Virus record (IMG/VR): IMGVR_UViG_3300032038_000604
Coordinates: 1 to 25,176 of that record
DNA: 25,176 nt
Source of the DNA: a virus
Reading direction: 5' to 3' (one strand)
This document shows positions 1 to 11,799 of the stretch, in pieces. The position numbers were made by a program, and so were the translations under genes. The notes beneath the pieces were generated by a model, which was given only the letters and a program-made list of their open reading frames with translations, did no database searches and was not told where the DNA came from. Every line of letters starts with the position of its first letter. Position 1 is the stretch's first letter.

Positions 1-995
1 AAAATGAAATGTTAGGAATATATACAAATATTGATATTAATGGAGCTTGGGATTACGCATTATACCCAATAACAACCACAATAAGTTTATCTGATAGATT
101 TATATATTTAATTAATAATGAATAGACTATTTTACAAAATCATATGTTGAACTATAAATATCCAATATATAGTGCAACTGAACAAAATTATTCCATTGGA
201 TTTTTACCAATATCAACAGAAGATACTATGTATTTTACTATTTATAGTTTTGAACCAAATAAAGATCTTTCAAATGATATTCAAGTGTTTAAATCTTCTT
301 TTCAAAATTATTTATTTAAATTAAATAATTATCCTAATATAAAAGACAATTTAATAAATAGCATTTGGGGAGAGACAGAATTAATTGATTTTTACAAAAA
401 TAATGCTTAGACAATTATTAAATATTTTTATGAAAAATTATTAAATTTTAAAATAGGAAAAATATTAGCCAGCAATGCTAATGTTAAAACCTTTAATAGC
501 AATTTTAATTTTAAAAATAAATTTAATATAAGATATAAAGATTCAAATAACAACGTGATAAAAAAATCCGTACGTTTAGGAAATGATGTTGATGCATTTT
601 AGATGTGTCTTTCTCCAATAGAAGCAAACACTGAATATACTTTTTCTTGTAAAATCCCATAGGGCTATGAAAATTCAAACCCTTCAACTTGGAACATTGG
701 TATAATTTAGGAAGATGGAAATGGCCATGGGACAATAGTTAATAATTTAACTCTTTCAAAAATAGAAAACATATTATTTTGCACTTTTACTACTGCCGCA
801 ACCACTCAAAATATTCAGATAGAAGCAACAATTATACCATCTTCAGATCATATGATAACTTGTACTGATTTTATGTTAAATATAGGAACTTCAATAGAAC
901 CATATGAATTGTTTGCACATCCTGGTAATAATGCTTTTATTGAAATTCCAAATACAGCTTTTATTCCAGCTGGCTTAACAATTAGCGGCATTTAA
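1..995 (+). CDS. C-terminal part of a large virion protein, possibly tail fibre or receptor-binding. It is 5'-partial: the frame is open from base 3, and an in-frame ATG at 9-11 could also be the start. It needs TAG read as sense.
   Basis: I translated frame 0 codon by codon from base 3 to the TAA at 993-995 and found no TAA or TGA. There are five in-frame TAGs, at 123, 408, 600, 660 and 708. The standard-code ORF track shows only the 144..410 fragment. The protein is rich in Asn, Thr and Ser with beta-rich low-complexity stretches, as in fibre or adhesin tips. Confidence 0.45.
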
Positions 996-1049
996 ATTTG
1001 ACTTTCGCTAAAATTTTTGGTATAATAAAACCAAGAAAGAGGCGATAAT

Positions 1050-1538
1050 ATGAAAATATTAACATTAGACTTATCTACTAAACAAAGCGGCTATGCAATA
1101 GGATAGAATGATAAACTGCTTTAGCATGGATGCTTTTCTGCATCAGATAAAAATGCATATAAAAGAATTATTAAAATGCGGGACTCTATAGAAAATTTAC
1201 TAAAAACTAATTAGATTTCTAAAATTATAATGGAAGAAGTCCGCCCTGAATACAACTCTCATACTAATAAGATTTTAATGTATTTGCAAGCTTCTGTGGT
1301 TCTAATGGCATATGAAATTAATCCGAAGATAGAATTTGAATTTTTTGGAGCAAGTTAGTGGAGAGCTAAACTAAAAATGCAGCAAGGGCGAGGTGTAAAA
1401 CGCGAGCAACTCAAACCGCAAGATATAAATTATGTATAGCAAAAATATGGAATAACAGTTAATGATGATTAGGCAGATGCAATTTGTATATTAGATGCCT
1501 ATTGGATAGAAGAAAATAATTAGATAAATTGGGAATAA
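1050..1538 (+). CDS. RuvC-like Holliday junction resolvase, 162 aa, TAG-recoded with 7 in-frame TAGs.
   Basis: An RBS (aagaaagagg) sits 8 nt upstream of ATG 1050. The translation begins MKILTLDLSTKQSGYAIG(TAG)NDKLL(TAG)HGCF and ends ...VNDD(TAG)ADAICILDAYW. These match the N-terminal D-x-S/G...G-Y-A and C-terminal D-x-ADA-x-x-I/A signatures of RuvC/YqgF-fold resolvases. I verified every codon from 1050 to the TAA at 1536-1538 and found no TAA or TGA. Confidence 0.7.
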
Positions 1539-1543
1539 TAAAA

Positions 1544-1581
1544 AGGACAAAATCTTTAAGATTTTGTCCTTTTTCTTTTTT
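1544..1581. terminator. Bidirectional intrinsic terminator between the convergent + strand (RuvC) and - strand operons.
   Basis: Perfect 13-bp inverted repeat: aggacaaaatctt / aagattttgtcct. It is flanked by an A-run on one side and a T-run (ttttcttttttaa) on the other. It lies exactly between the stop codons of two convergent genes. Confidence 0.55.
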
Positions 1582-1591
1582 AATCATCATA

Positions 1592-2089
1592 TTAAATTGT
1601 TGGTTCTTCTTCTATTGGCTAAGGATTTTCTTCATTCGATATTTGATTAGAAATTTTTTCAATCCATTCTCTTAAATTTGTTGAACTTAATGGTAAATTC
1701 ATTAAATTACCTAAAACCTCTTTTAAGGTTTTATAATATATTCCTTGCTGATATATAATATTTTCAGTTAAAAAGGTTTTTCTATCTATTGCATCTTGAA
1801 CCTAAGTTTGAATTTCATTGGGTATTTGATCCAATCTATCTTGAACATTGTTCATTTTACTTATAATGGTTTTTGCGGTAGTAAATTTTTCATTCATTTC
1901 TTCAATTTTTGCGGTATTAGCGACAATTGCCGCATTTAATGTAATTAGCTGATTTTTTATATCATTTAAAGCTTCTTCTACTGTTCCATTATCATAATCA
2001 ACTAAATTTGCAGAAGTTCCTATATCAACCTCTCCTGATAATACATTGTCTTCATATACAGCAATTGTTTTTATTACTTCATTTGACAT
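1592..2089 (-). CDS. Hypothetical protein, 165 aa, with 1 in-frame TAG. It is the last gene of the - strand tail operon.
   Basis: Start ATG (rc of cat at 2087-2089), with RBS aaaggag 8 nt upstream on the - strand. The standard ORF track stops at 1802-1804, which is cta = TAG. By hand translation the frame continues to TAA at 1592-1594 with no other stop. It is acidic and Pro/Glu-rich at the C-terminus. Confidence 0.5.
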
Positions 2090-2105
2090 TATTTATCACT
2101 CCTTT

Positions 2106-2360
2106 TTATACTTTTCCCAAAATAATTTTTTCAATTCCATCATTAGAAGCAGGAATTAATATATATACCATATCTCCAATTTTATATTCATTATTATTCA
2201 AACTTTTTGCGGTTATTGTTGCGCCTTGATAATTACATCTATATTGATTTAAATTATTACTAATAATTTTTGCTTTTATAGTTTTATCAAAATTAGCTTT
2301 TTTTAAAGCTGACTATATCATAATATTCATAGCCTGTAGTAGGGTATCGTTTATATCCAT
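2106..2360 (-). CDS. Hypothetical small protein, 84 aa, with 1 in-frame TAG.
   Basis: ATG (rc of cat at 2358-2360) is preceded by aggagg. The translation starts MDINDTLLQAMNIMI(TAG)SALKKANFDKT... and ends ...IILGKV, with TAA at 2106-2108. That stop abuts the RBS of the next gene. It is not in the standard-code ORF track because of the TAG at 2313-2315. Confidence 0.4.
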
Positions 2361-2375
2361 AAGCTCCTCCTATTC

Positions 2376-2407
2376 TTTAAATAAGAGAGGGAGAAAATCT
2401 CCCTCTT
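2376..2407 (-). terminator. Hairpin between the tape measure stop codon and the next gene. It may be an attenuator or a weak terminator.
   Basis: gagagggag-aaaat-ctccctct stem-loop at 2385-2406. On the - strand transcript it is followed by a moderately U-rich stretch. It lies in the 49-nt gap between the TMP stop (2410) and the start of the downstream gene (2360). Confidence 0.25.
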
Positions 2408-2409
2408 TA

Positions 2410-5400
2410 TTATTTTAATGCTATTTGCATAGCTTTATTAGTTAAATCTTTAAATGCCTATTCTATTTCTTTTTTACTATTAACACTTGGGAAATTAGCA
2501 GTAATAGAAACAGATTGCTCTAACATATCTTGCTGAGATTTAATTTTTTCAATTTGAGAATTTTGTTTCATTAAATCATTTAATTCGTTATTTAAATTTG
2601 CCATTCTAAATTGTAATTCATTTTGTTGCATTTCTCTTACCATTTGAATCATTTCAAGCATATTTGCGGTATCCTATTTATTTAATACAAGTTCTTTCTA
2701 ATGAAGGACTGCTAACTTACCTTGAGTAGAAGACCAATCTCCTGTATATCCACCTGTATCAAATTTAGTATATTTTCCAATCTATGTGCCATATAAATAA
2801 GAATGTTTTTTAAAATTTGTTATAATCTATTTTATTGCCTTATCTGTATAGCGGTCTTGTAATGCTGTTTTTATATTATATTCTATATCTGTTGTCCATT
2901 CTAATCCTTTTTTATTTAATAAATCTGTAATATAAGAAATCCATTCATAAATAGTTTTCTTTGCAGAAAAAGAATCATATTTTTTCCCTTCATTTGAAGA
3001 AGAAGATGTTTTTAAGGTTAATTCTCCTTTATATAATTTTTCTATTTTTTCTTTGTCAAAACCATATCCACCTTGCCCAAAAGTTTCGTCAAAATAATAT
3101 CTATTTTTTGCTTGTTCATCTGTTAAATGAACGCCTCTCTGTGCCCATCTTTGTTTAACGGCCTTTAAAGTTGCTGCGGTAGGACCTTGCTGACCTTCTC
3201 CTGGGCCCCCTCCGCCATTGCCGCCTCCTCCAGCAGCTCTGCCAGTTTGTTGTCTCTGATAAGCTGCAAGTGCTCCTGCAGCCGCATTATAAGCCTCTGC
3301 AACATTATTAACTGCATCTGCGGCAGCTTGGATTGCGGCAGTCTGTTCTTCCGTCCACATCTCTTGAAATTGTTCAACTGCTAATTTAGCTTGATTAGTT
3401 ACTTCTTCATATTTTTTTCTTAACTCCTATCCTCTACCCCTTAAATCTTCCATTGTATCATATTCATCTTTCATTCTATCAAGTAAATCATCATTATTTT
3501 TAATTAATCCACCTTGTCCATCTTCTCCTCCAATTTTAATAGCAATTTCATCATATCCATTTGCAACTGCTGCTAAATCAATTCCTGCAGACTCCTCTAA
3601 CTAATGAATTTTTCCTTGATATTCTTCATTCTTACCTTGTAACTTATCAATCGCTGTTGCCACAATATTTTCTAAACTATCTTCATTAGTAGAAAACTTT
3701 TCTATCATTTCTTGAACACCAGAGTTAAAAGTAGGAACAAATCCTTCCTATTCCATCCATTTTCTTTTTTGTTCTTCTGTCATATCTGCAAAAGCCTGTC
3801 CAACATCTCCTAATGATAATTTATAACTTTCAAATCCTGAATTTATCATATTTTGTTGTTGATACATAGATTCTTGAGATAAATTATTAATATAATCAGT
3901 ATACTCTTTTTGTACCATTTTCATTTGCTACATAATTTCGGCTTGTTTCTCAGGATTTTGATAATTTGCATTAAACTCATCATATAGCTCAGATAATTTA
4001 TTTTGAAATTCTTTTGTAGCATTATACGCCTATTCTAAATTTTTTTCATAATTTTCTTTATCAAAATTATATAAATCATTTTCTGCTTTAGCTAAATTAT
4101 TTTCTGCCTATCCAATATTATCTTGGTCTGCCACATATTGGTAAGAATAATTACCTTGAGAATCACGCTTTAATCTCATTTGAGTTTTATTATTTCTTGC
4201 CTATTCAAGAGCAATTCGAGCTTTCTCAACTTCTAATACTTTTTGTGCTCTATCTACATCATATTGTGTTAATTTATCTTTCTATTTTAAAATAGTTAAT
4301 TGTTCATTCATTACTTTCTTTAATTGTTGTTGACTTCTTAATCCTTTTGTATCATTTAAGGCTTGATTGTATAAATATTCTGTATTTTTAACTGCAAAAG
4401 CAGAATTTACTGTATCCAAATACAAATTAGCTTTTTTCTTCATTAAATCCCATTGAGTATCTAAATATTCAAAACTTTTTCCATTTGTCAGTTCTTTTTC
4501 CATATTATCAAATATTTCTGCAATAGCATTAGAATATTGGTCTTTTAAATTCTGAATAGACTATGTAATTGCAGAATTAATATCAGATACTCCATTCAAA
4601 TAAGCCTCTTTGAAACGTTTTGCGTCCTATGCTGCCTATTTTGTTCTCTCTGCATCTGCTCCATTCTATTTTGCATATTGTTCAGCTCTTTTTTCTGCCT
4701 CTTGCCACTGTCTATAATTTTCGTCATTTGTTTTCTTTAAAAAGTCTAAATTATTAACATTATTTTTATGCATTTTATCATAATATTTATCCATTGCCTT
4801 ATAGTTTTTCTATCCATAAACTAATTTTATTAAATCCAAATCATGAGATAATTGTTCTCCATACTTTTGATATGCCTATTTTTGTTTACTATACATCTAT
4901 TGAATATTATCAATAGTGTCAAGATAAGCTTGGTCGATAGCATCAAGCTATTCAGCTACTCCTTGTAATTCTTTTTGCAACTATTCTGATGCAGTTTTTG
5001 CGTCTTCCATTGCAAGTGTCATATTATCCCCATAAAGCTAATCTTTACCATTTTTACGAATATTTTCTGCGGCGTTCATAGCTCTATATAATTTTTCTGT
5101 ATTAGCACTCATCTCTCCAGATGTGTAGTAAGATTCTGCTTTTGCTAAATGTTGGTTTGTATCTCTTTCAGTTTTAGTGAATACATTTGTATAAAGCACA
5201 CTATCTCTTTCAAGAACATTTCGTTTAAAATCTTCCCATTGTCTTTTTGCCTATCCTAATTCAAGAGTTAATTTAACTTTTAAATTAAATTTTTCAACAT
5301 TAGATTCAACTAAAGCATCTAATTGTTCTTGAATTTGGTCTTCAACTGACCCCATATCTTTTATTAGTTTATCATAATTACTAATACCAGTTTTTAAATC

Positions 5401-8400
5401 ATTTAAATCAGTATTGGCTAAAGATAATGTTTTATTAATTTCGTCCATTTGCTATTTTAAGCTCTCTTTTGTGCTAATATCTGTGGACGCATTATATTGA
5501 TTAGCTAAAGTATTATATTGATTTGTTAAACTATCAACTTTATTTTGTGTGGCAGTCATTACGGACATATAATTAGATATATTTCCATCTGCCCCAAATG
5601 TAACCCCTTTTGATGCTAATTGTTGTTGTTGATATTGTTTATCAGATTTTTGAATAGCTTGTTTTGTTTTTAACGTTTGTATTTCTTGATTTAATAATTT
5701 TTGTTGATTATCTAATCCTTTTATTAAATCTTTTCCATATAATTTCTTTTGTTCTTTTTGAGCATTTTTTAATTTTCTATTTATTTCATCTAACTCTATA
5801 TTAATATCGTGATATAAATCTCTCTGGTCTTGAATTGCCTTTTTTAAGTCAACTTGAGCCTATTGTTGTTTTTTAAGCGCTTTAGCTTGTTTTTCTAATT
5901 CTTGACTACGTTGTTTCCAAAGAAAATCAGTATCTCCAGATTTTGTTGCGGTACCCTTTTGATAAGATATTTTTCCAGTTTCCTCATCTACAGATAATTG
6001 AATACGAATATCCATTCCTTCAAAAATATCTTTAATTTGTTCTGCAGAAGCCCCTGCTTGAACTAACATATCAAAAAATGGTTCGATTAATGCATCACTT
6101 AAAGAATCTCCAATTTGAGAGTTTTTAACAAGATTTCTTAAGGCTTCTGAGGATTCTTGATATGTATTATTATCAATTCCTATCTGAATTAACATATCTT
6201 GTTGAGCTAATTCTTTTAATCTATCAAACGCTTCTTTTGCTTCCTATTCTGTTCCAGTTAAAGCAATATTCATTAAATCTAAATTTTCAGTAGAACGCAA
6301 AAATGTTTCAGACAACGATTCTCCATCTAAATTTAACATATCAGAATAAGCATCTCTAATTGCAGTAACAGAAGTTAATGCTCCACTTTCAAGCTATGTC
6401 TTCCAAGTTGAAATATTTTTCGCAGCATCCATTAAACCATCATTGAATCTTAATATCTATTCTGATAATGCTTTTGCAGTACGAGCATTTGATTTCAACC
6501 CATCATTTAATTCATCTGAAGAGTCTGCTAAATCTTGAATTGTTTGTTGTAAATTATAAATATCAGTTTCTTTTAAATCAGTATCGGTAGGAAATAACGC
6601 ATCATACATTGCATTTCCCGCTTCAATACTTTCCTCTTTTAATTCTTTAATTCTATCTTCTAAGGCATCACTATTAAATTCTTTACTAAAATCAATTTTA
6701 TCATATAATTCTGTTAATTCTTTATCTTGCTCCTATGATAATTTTCCATTTTCTAAAGCTGTTTTTAATTTATTGATATTTGCAGTAGATTCGCCATTAA
6801 GATATTGCTATGAATTCTATAAAATCTATAGCATAGCTTTTTGTTCTTCTTCTTTTGACGGCAATTCTATTTTTTGCATTTCCTATGCAAGTTTATATAA
6901 TAAATCATTTGACTACAAATAATAATTCGTCCAACCCTCAGAACCATGAAAGTCCTATGGATGAGTTTTAAAACCTAATAAAGCATTTTTTAAATCTGAA
7001 TCAATTTCAACATCTGCATATTTTCCGCCTTCTTTAAATTGCTCTGCAAATTTAACTAAAGTTTCTCCATTTGCTCTTGCTGTATCTGCTTGTTGATGAG
7101 AATCAAGTTTATTAAAATATGTAAGATCGGTCTTTCCTGTAAGAGCGTCCTTTCCTGAATAAATAAAATCTCCATAATTTGTAATACTATCTTCTTTAAG
7201 CATACGAGTTTTATCATTCTATTTTTTCTTAATAATATCTTCAACTTGACCATCATTTTTATTAGAATATTCTAATAATTTATTAGCAATTGTTAAATCA
7301 TTTTCATTTTGTTTATTTATCGTACTAAAATCAGAACTCTGTAATCGTTGTCCAAGTTTTTCAAAATCTTTACGATTTCCAATAAAACTATATCCTCCAA
7401 CTCCATGTGCAAACATTTTTTGCATTTCTGGATCTAAAGTTTCAAAAGTTTTACTATCTATTTTTTTACCATTTCTGACTTTCTCTAAAATATCTGCATA
7501 TTTTTGAAATTTATCAGTGGCTGCATCTATATTTGTTTTAGTTAAATTTTCTAAATTAATTTCAGAAGTATCTTTAACATATTGATTTACTTGTTTCCAT
7601 CCATCTATGGTTTCAGGTTTTAATTCAAGAAATTTGTCTAAATGTACCTAATCTAAATTTTCTATCTCTTTTAATGTTTCACTATCAATAGTCTAACCAA
7701 ACTACTCTTCTAATTTATGAATTTTTTCTGCCTGTCTATCGTATAAAGAATAAGACTAAGAAGAATCCTTTCTAATATTTTCTCTAATAGAAGTTCTAAT
7801 ATCTTCATCTGACATAATTGAAGCAAGCTATACATTATTTTCTTTAAAAGATTTAACTGCTTGTTCCAATTTATCATTATAAGAATCTAAATCTGAAACA
7901 TCTGTAAAATCAACAGATAAAGCTGCTATTTTTGAAGCTTGTTCTTTTGCTGCGGCAACTCCTGCATCAATATCTTTCCCACCAGCAGTATTTTGCTCCC
8001 AATGATACCAAGTTTCCATACTACTAATAAGACTATCAGTTTTTCTTATATCTGAATAATTATCTAATTTTTTAATCTATGTCATTATAGTTTTTATTGT
8101 TTCTGCCTATAATGCTGCCCATTCTTTTGATCCATCTGCTTCTTTATAAATAGCATTTCCTGCATCATCAGTTCCTATTTGAACTTTATCTAAAATCCAT
8201 CTTCCGCCCTATTCTCTCAATCCATATTTTTCTGCAATAGCTTTTACATCTTTATTTGTATTATCATAATAACCTTGCCTAAATACAAAATTGTCTCCCT
8301 ATGCGGTTTGAGTGTCTCTTGCTATATTCATTGCAGTTTCTGCTTGTTCATTTGCGTTATTTAAAGCTTGATTTGCTGCCTATAATTGTGCAGCTTTCAT

Positions 8401-11400
8401 TGCCTAAGTTAAATTTCCATATTTATCAGTTAATTTATCTATCTATTCTTGTTCCAACCCATATTGATCACATAATTTCTATATTTCTGATTTTAATTCA
8501 GCTCTGGTAATATTTCCTTCTTGGTATTTATCATTTATAGCAGAAATTGCTTTATATAACTACTGTTGTTTATTTATCTATTCTGCTTCTGCTTTTTGTT
8601 CTTCTAATAAACTTTTATTAGCTTCTATACGTGCCTATTTTTTTGCTTTTTCAGCCTCTCCAATAGCAAAAGTTATGGATGCTATTGCCGTTGCAGCAAG
8701 AACGATAGCTCCAATAGGACCCAATGACGCCCATAAATCTTTTAATGCGGTTGATGCGGCGGTAGCAGCGCCTCGTAATGCTGTTAGTGCAACAGAGTGC
8801 CCAGACTATGCTGCGATTAATTTAATATTCTCTAAAGTAAGAGCTTTTCCTTGGATAGTTAATCCTTTAAAAGCAGCATTTGCTTTTGTAGCTCCAGAAA
8901 CTAACATCGGTAAAGCAGTTGCCATTAAAGTAATTGTTTTTAAAACCTTTTCTCCAGTTGAAGCATTTGAACCCCAAACATTTCCAATACTTTTTAACTG
9001 ATTAAAAGCAGCAACAACAGAAGTAATACCCCCTGCTAAATCTGTAAATCTTTTTACACTAATAGATTGTTTCATAGATTCATCTACAGAACCTTTTTGT
9101 TGTTTAAGCTATTCTAATTTAGCTTTTAATTTTTCAACCTCTTCTGGAGACATATGAAGCAATTTTAAAAATTCCTAAACCTGTTTTGATGATGCTCCAA
9201 ATATACTTTGCAAATTTAAAAATTGTTTCTTTATACTTTCAATAGAAGGGCCGCCTTCCGTTCCTAACTTAGAAAGGTCATTTTTTAATTTTTCAACTGC
9301 CTCTTGCTGTTCTTTATTTAAAACGCCTTCGCCCTTCATATTTTCTAATGACTATATAAATTTATCAACTTTTCCTTTTCCTTGGTCAAGTTGATCTTGA
9401 AGTCCTTTTACCTCTTCTTGTAATTCTTTTATTCTCCCTTTGTTCTTTCTTGCACTTTTTTTAGTTTTTTCTAAATTTGCAATATTCTCATTTAATTCAT
9501 CTATACGTTTTTTTATATTGTCTGCATTTTTTATATCTTCTGGCATTATATTAGCAATTTCGTTTTTCATTTTTTCCATATTGTTTCTAAAATTGCTAAA
9601 TTTCTATTGAATAGATTCTAATTCAGCATCAACCTGCTCTCTAAATTCTCCAGTTGAATCATTTTGGTAATTTTCATATACAGATTTATTTTCATCTTCT
9701 AATAAATCAGTTGCGTTTAAACCTTCTAATCTATTTTCAATACCTTTATCTCGTATCTCATCTATAGCTCGAAGAGTAGCATTAACATCTTTAATTTGGT
9801 TATTTAATTCCTATGCTTTCTCCAATACATCTGAAGGAATTAAATCTTTAAAATCTCTTTTCTTTTCTAAAAGACTTTGTTGATATGCTGCCCAATCTCT
9901 CTCTTCTTGCGGTCTTGATGTATCCTTTTGAGCTTCTTGCAATCCTTTTATTTTTTCAGTTAATTCTATTGCCTAAGCCTTTGCTAATCCCATATTAGAA
10001 ATGGTTACTTGAAGGCTATTTGCAATTTTATTTCCAAATACATTTAAACCAATAGCCCCAAGCATAGATAAAACTCCCACTCCACCACCAAGAGTATCTA
10101 TAAAACCAGCTACTCCATTGGTCAAAGTGGTAAATAAATCTAACAAAGGTTTAATAGAATTAGTATCTATTAAAGAGTCATAAATATTTTCAACTCCAGC
10201 TCTTAGAATTTCTAAATGAGCAGCAGTTGATTCCATATAAATATCTTGTTGCTATTGTAATGTTCCTGCTGCATTTTGAGCTGTTTCTAAGGCACTATTA
10301 TATTTATCAAAATTATCAAATAATGCAAGTAAATTATTATATTGTCTTTGACCTGCCATAGTTTGTGCTAAATAAACTTGTTGTTCACGGGACATATCTC
10401 CCCATTTAGCACCAATTTCTTCCATAACAGTACCCATATCACGAAGATTTCCAGTAGCATCAAGAACATTAATACCCATTTCCGCCATTTTCCCAGAATA
10501 TTGACCAAGAGTAGTTCCATCTTCTTCTACTCCAGCTTTAATATCTGTAATTCTTGCATATACAGTTCTTAATGCAGTACCAACACTTTCAGGAGCTTGT
10601 TTTGTAACAGATATAATAGTTGATAACTGTGCGGCAAGTTGTTCTTCTCCAACCCCCATTGCGGCGGCTGCAGATGCAACTTTACTCATACCAGTTGATA
10701 ATTCTTGTAGATCTGATGCAGTCGTTGCAGCAACAGCAGCTAATCTATCTACATAAACTTCTGCCTATTCTGCATTTACTTTATAACCATTCCAAACTGC
10801 TGTTAATTGCTCAGAAACTTCTTCAGCAGATTGCCCTGTTACATTAGCTGTTTTTAATGTAACCTAAGTTCGTGCTTCAACTTCTTTATCATTTAAACCT
10901 TGTTGTGCATAAATTAATGCTGCTTTTGTATAATCAGTTGTAGACTTTCCAAGTTCTTGTGCAACACTATTCGCTTTTTCAGCAAATCTTGTCATTTCAT
11001 CTGCTGATTTACCAGTTACAATTCTAATATCATTTAATGAAGTGTCTAAAGATTTTGTATATCCCCAAGCCTGTTGAATAGTATTTGAAAATCCATTTAT
11101 AATAGTTGAAGATAATCCCCATTTAATTGAATTTGTTAATGTTGTATACATTTTATCTAAGGTATTATGGGTTTGTTTAACTGTTTGACCCATTTTAAAT
11201 ACCTGAGATTCAATTTGTGAAAAAGTTCGAGTTCCTGTTGGACCAATTTTCTATAATTCTGTTCTTAATCCCTTTAATCCACCAGTATCTTTTAATGCTG
11301 CTTTAAATTTTTCAATATTAACAGTATTCAATTTTGGATTAAAAGCTTGTGCAATAGCTTTTTCTGCCACATTTGCTGCGGCTTTTGCATCTTTTAAAGA

Positions 11401-11556
11401 TTGTTTTAATTTATCTATATCTGTTATTCCTGTCTGAGCAGAAATTTCAGCAAGAGACATTTTTTTTACATCTTGTAAAGATTTTTTAAGCTATTCAATT
11501 TTCTTTTTATTAACATCAAAATCAATACTATATAATATTTTATTTTCCTGTGCCAT
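2410..11556 (-). CDS. Tail tape measure protein, 3048 aa, with 65 in-frame TAG codons and no in-frame TAA or TGA.
   Basis: All 16 standard-code ORF fragments on the - strand between 2458 and 11460 share one frame. I checked every codon of that frame across the interval line by line. The only stop-like codons are cta on the + strand (TAG). The first true stop is TAA at 2410-2412. The start is ATG (rc of cat 11554-11556) with RBS aaaggag. The 10252..10689 fragment (LAAQLSTIISVTKQAPESVGTALRTVYARITD...LDATGNLRDMG) is the conserved TP901/lambda-type tape-measure core. The rest is coiled-coil-rich, plus a Gly-rich segment. Confidence 0.8.
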
Positions 11557-11727
11557 CCTTTTTTCTCCTTTACTATAAATTTTTTTATTATAATATATAT
11601 GATTTCTCCTATACATATAATATAAAAAATTAGATTCTCATTTTATCTATTTTCGACCGTTGCTAAAAATTAAGATTTTTAAACTTCACTCTAATATTAT
11701 TTTTGCCAAAGCCTAAGGCACTTTTAT

Positions 11728-11756
11728 TTGAAAATTTAAAAAATTTAAAGTATAAT
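11728..11756 (+). promoter_or_regulatory. Sigma70-type promoter for the MVP-like gene.
   Basis: ttgaaa (11728-33), 17-nt spacer, tataat (11751-56). It is followed by the conserved tatat-acat/acaat-aaaaaa motif that is also seen at four other promoters in this window. Confidence 0.4.
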
Positions 11757-11799
11757 ATATACATAAAATAAAAAAATAAAAAGAAAGGAATAAATAATT

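Noticed and set aside
523-735. 70-aa - strand ORF and the idea that 144..410 is a stand-alone 88-aa gene.
   Set aside because: With TAG read as sense, the + strand frame is open from base 3 to 995. The 88-aa ORF is only the segment between two in-frame TAGs. The - strand ORF is antisense to it.
8675-9001. 108-aa + strand ORF (Ala/Val-rich) and similar + strand ORFs (2008..2229, 2961..3158, 3187..3384, 8301..8510, 10378..10572, 10620..10847) inside the tape measure region.
   Set aside because: They are antisense or out-of-frame to the continuous TMP ORF. They have no RBS, and their low-complexity composition mirrors the TMP codons on the opposite strand.
2458-11460. Sixteen separate 60-180-aa - strand ORFs in the six-frame track (2458..2661, 2827..3360, 4282..4503, ... 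11251..11460).
   Set aside because: All share one frame. Each is bounded by + strand 'cta' (TAG) with no RBS or start context of its own, and there is no intervening TAA or TGA. They are fragments of one recoded tape measure gene, not a set of small genes.
11557-11799. Possible tRNA or small RNA (e.g. the expected amber-suppressor tRNA) in the divergent intergenic region, and elsewhere in non-coding gaps (14341-14588, 16175-16330, 19565-19716).
   Set aside because: None of these gaps shows a cloverleaf-compatible arrangement with GTTC-like T-arm and acceptor stem pairing. They are AT-rich promoter and terminator sequence. The suppressor tRNA, if present, must lie outside this window.
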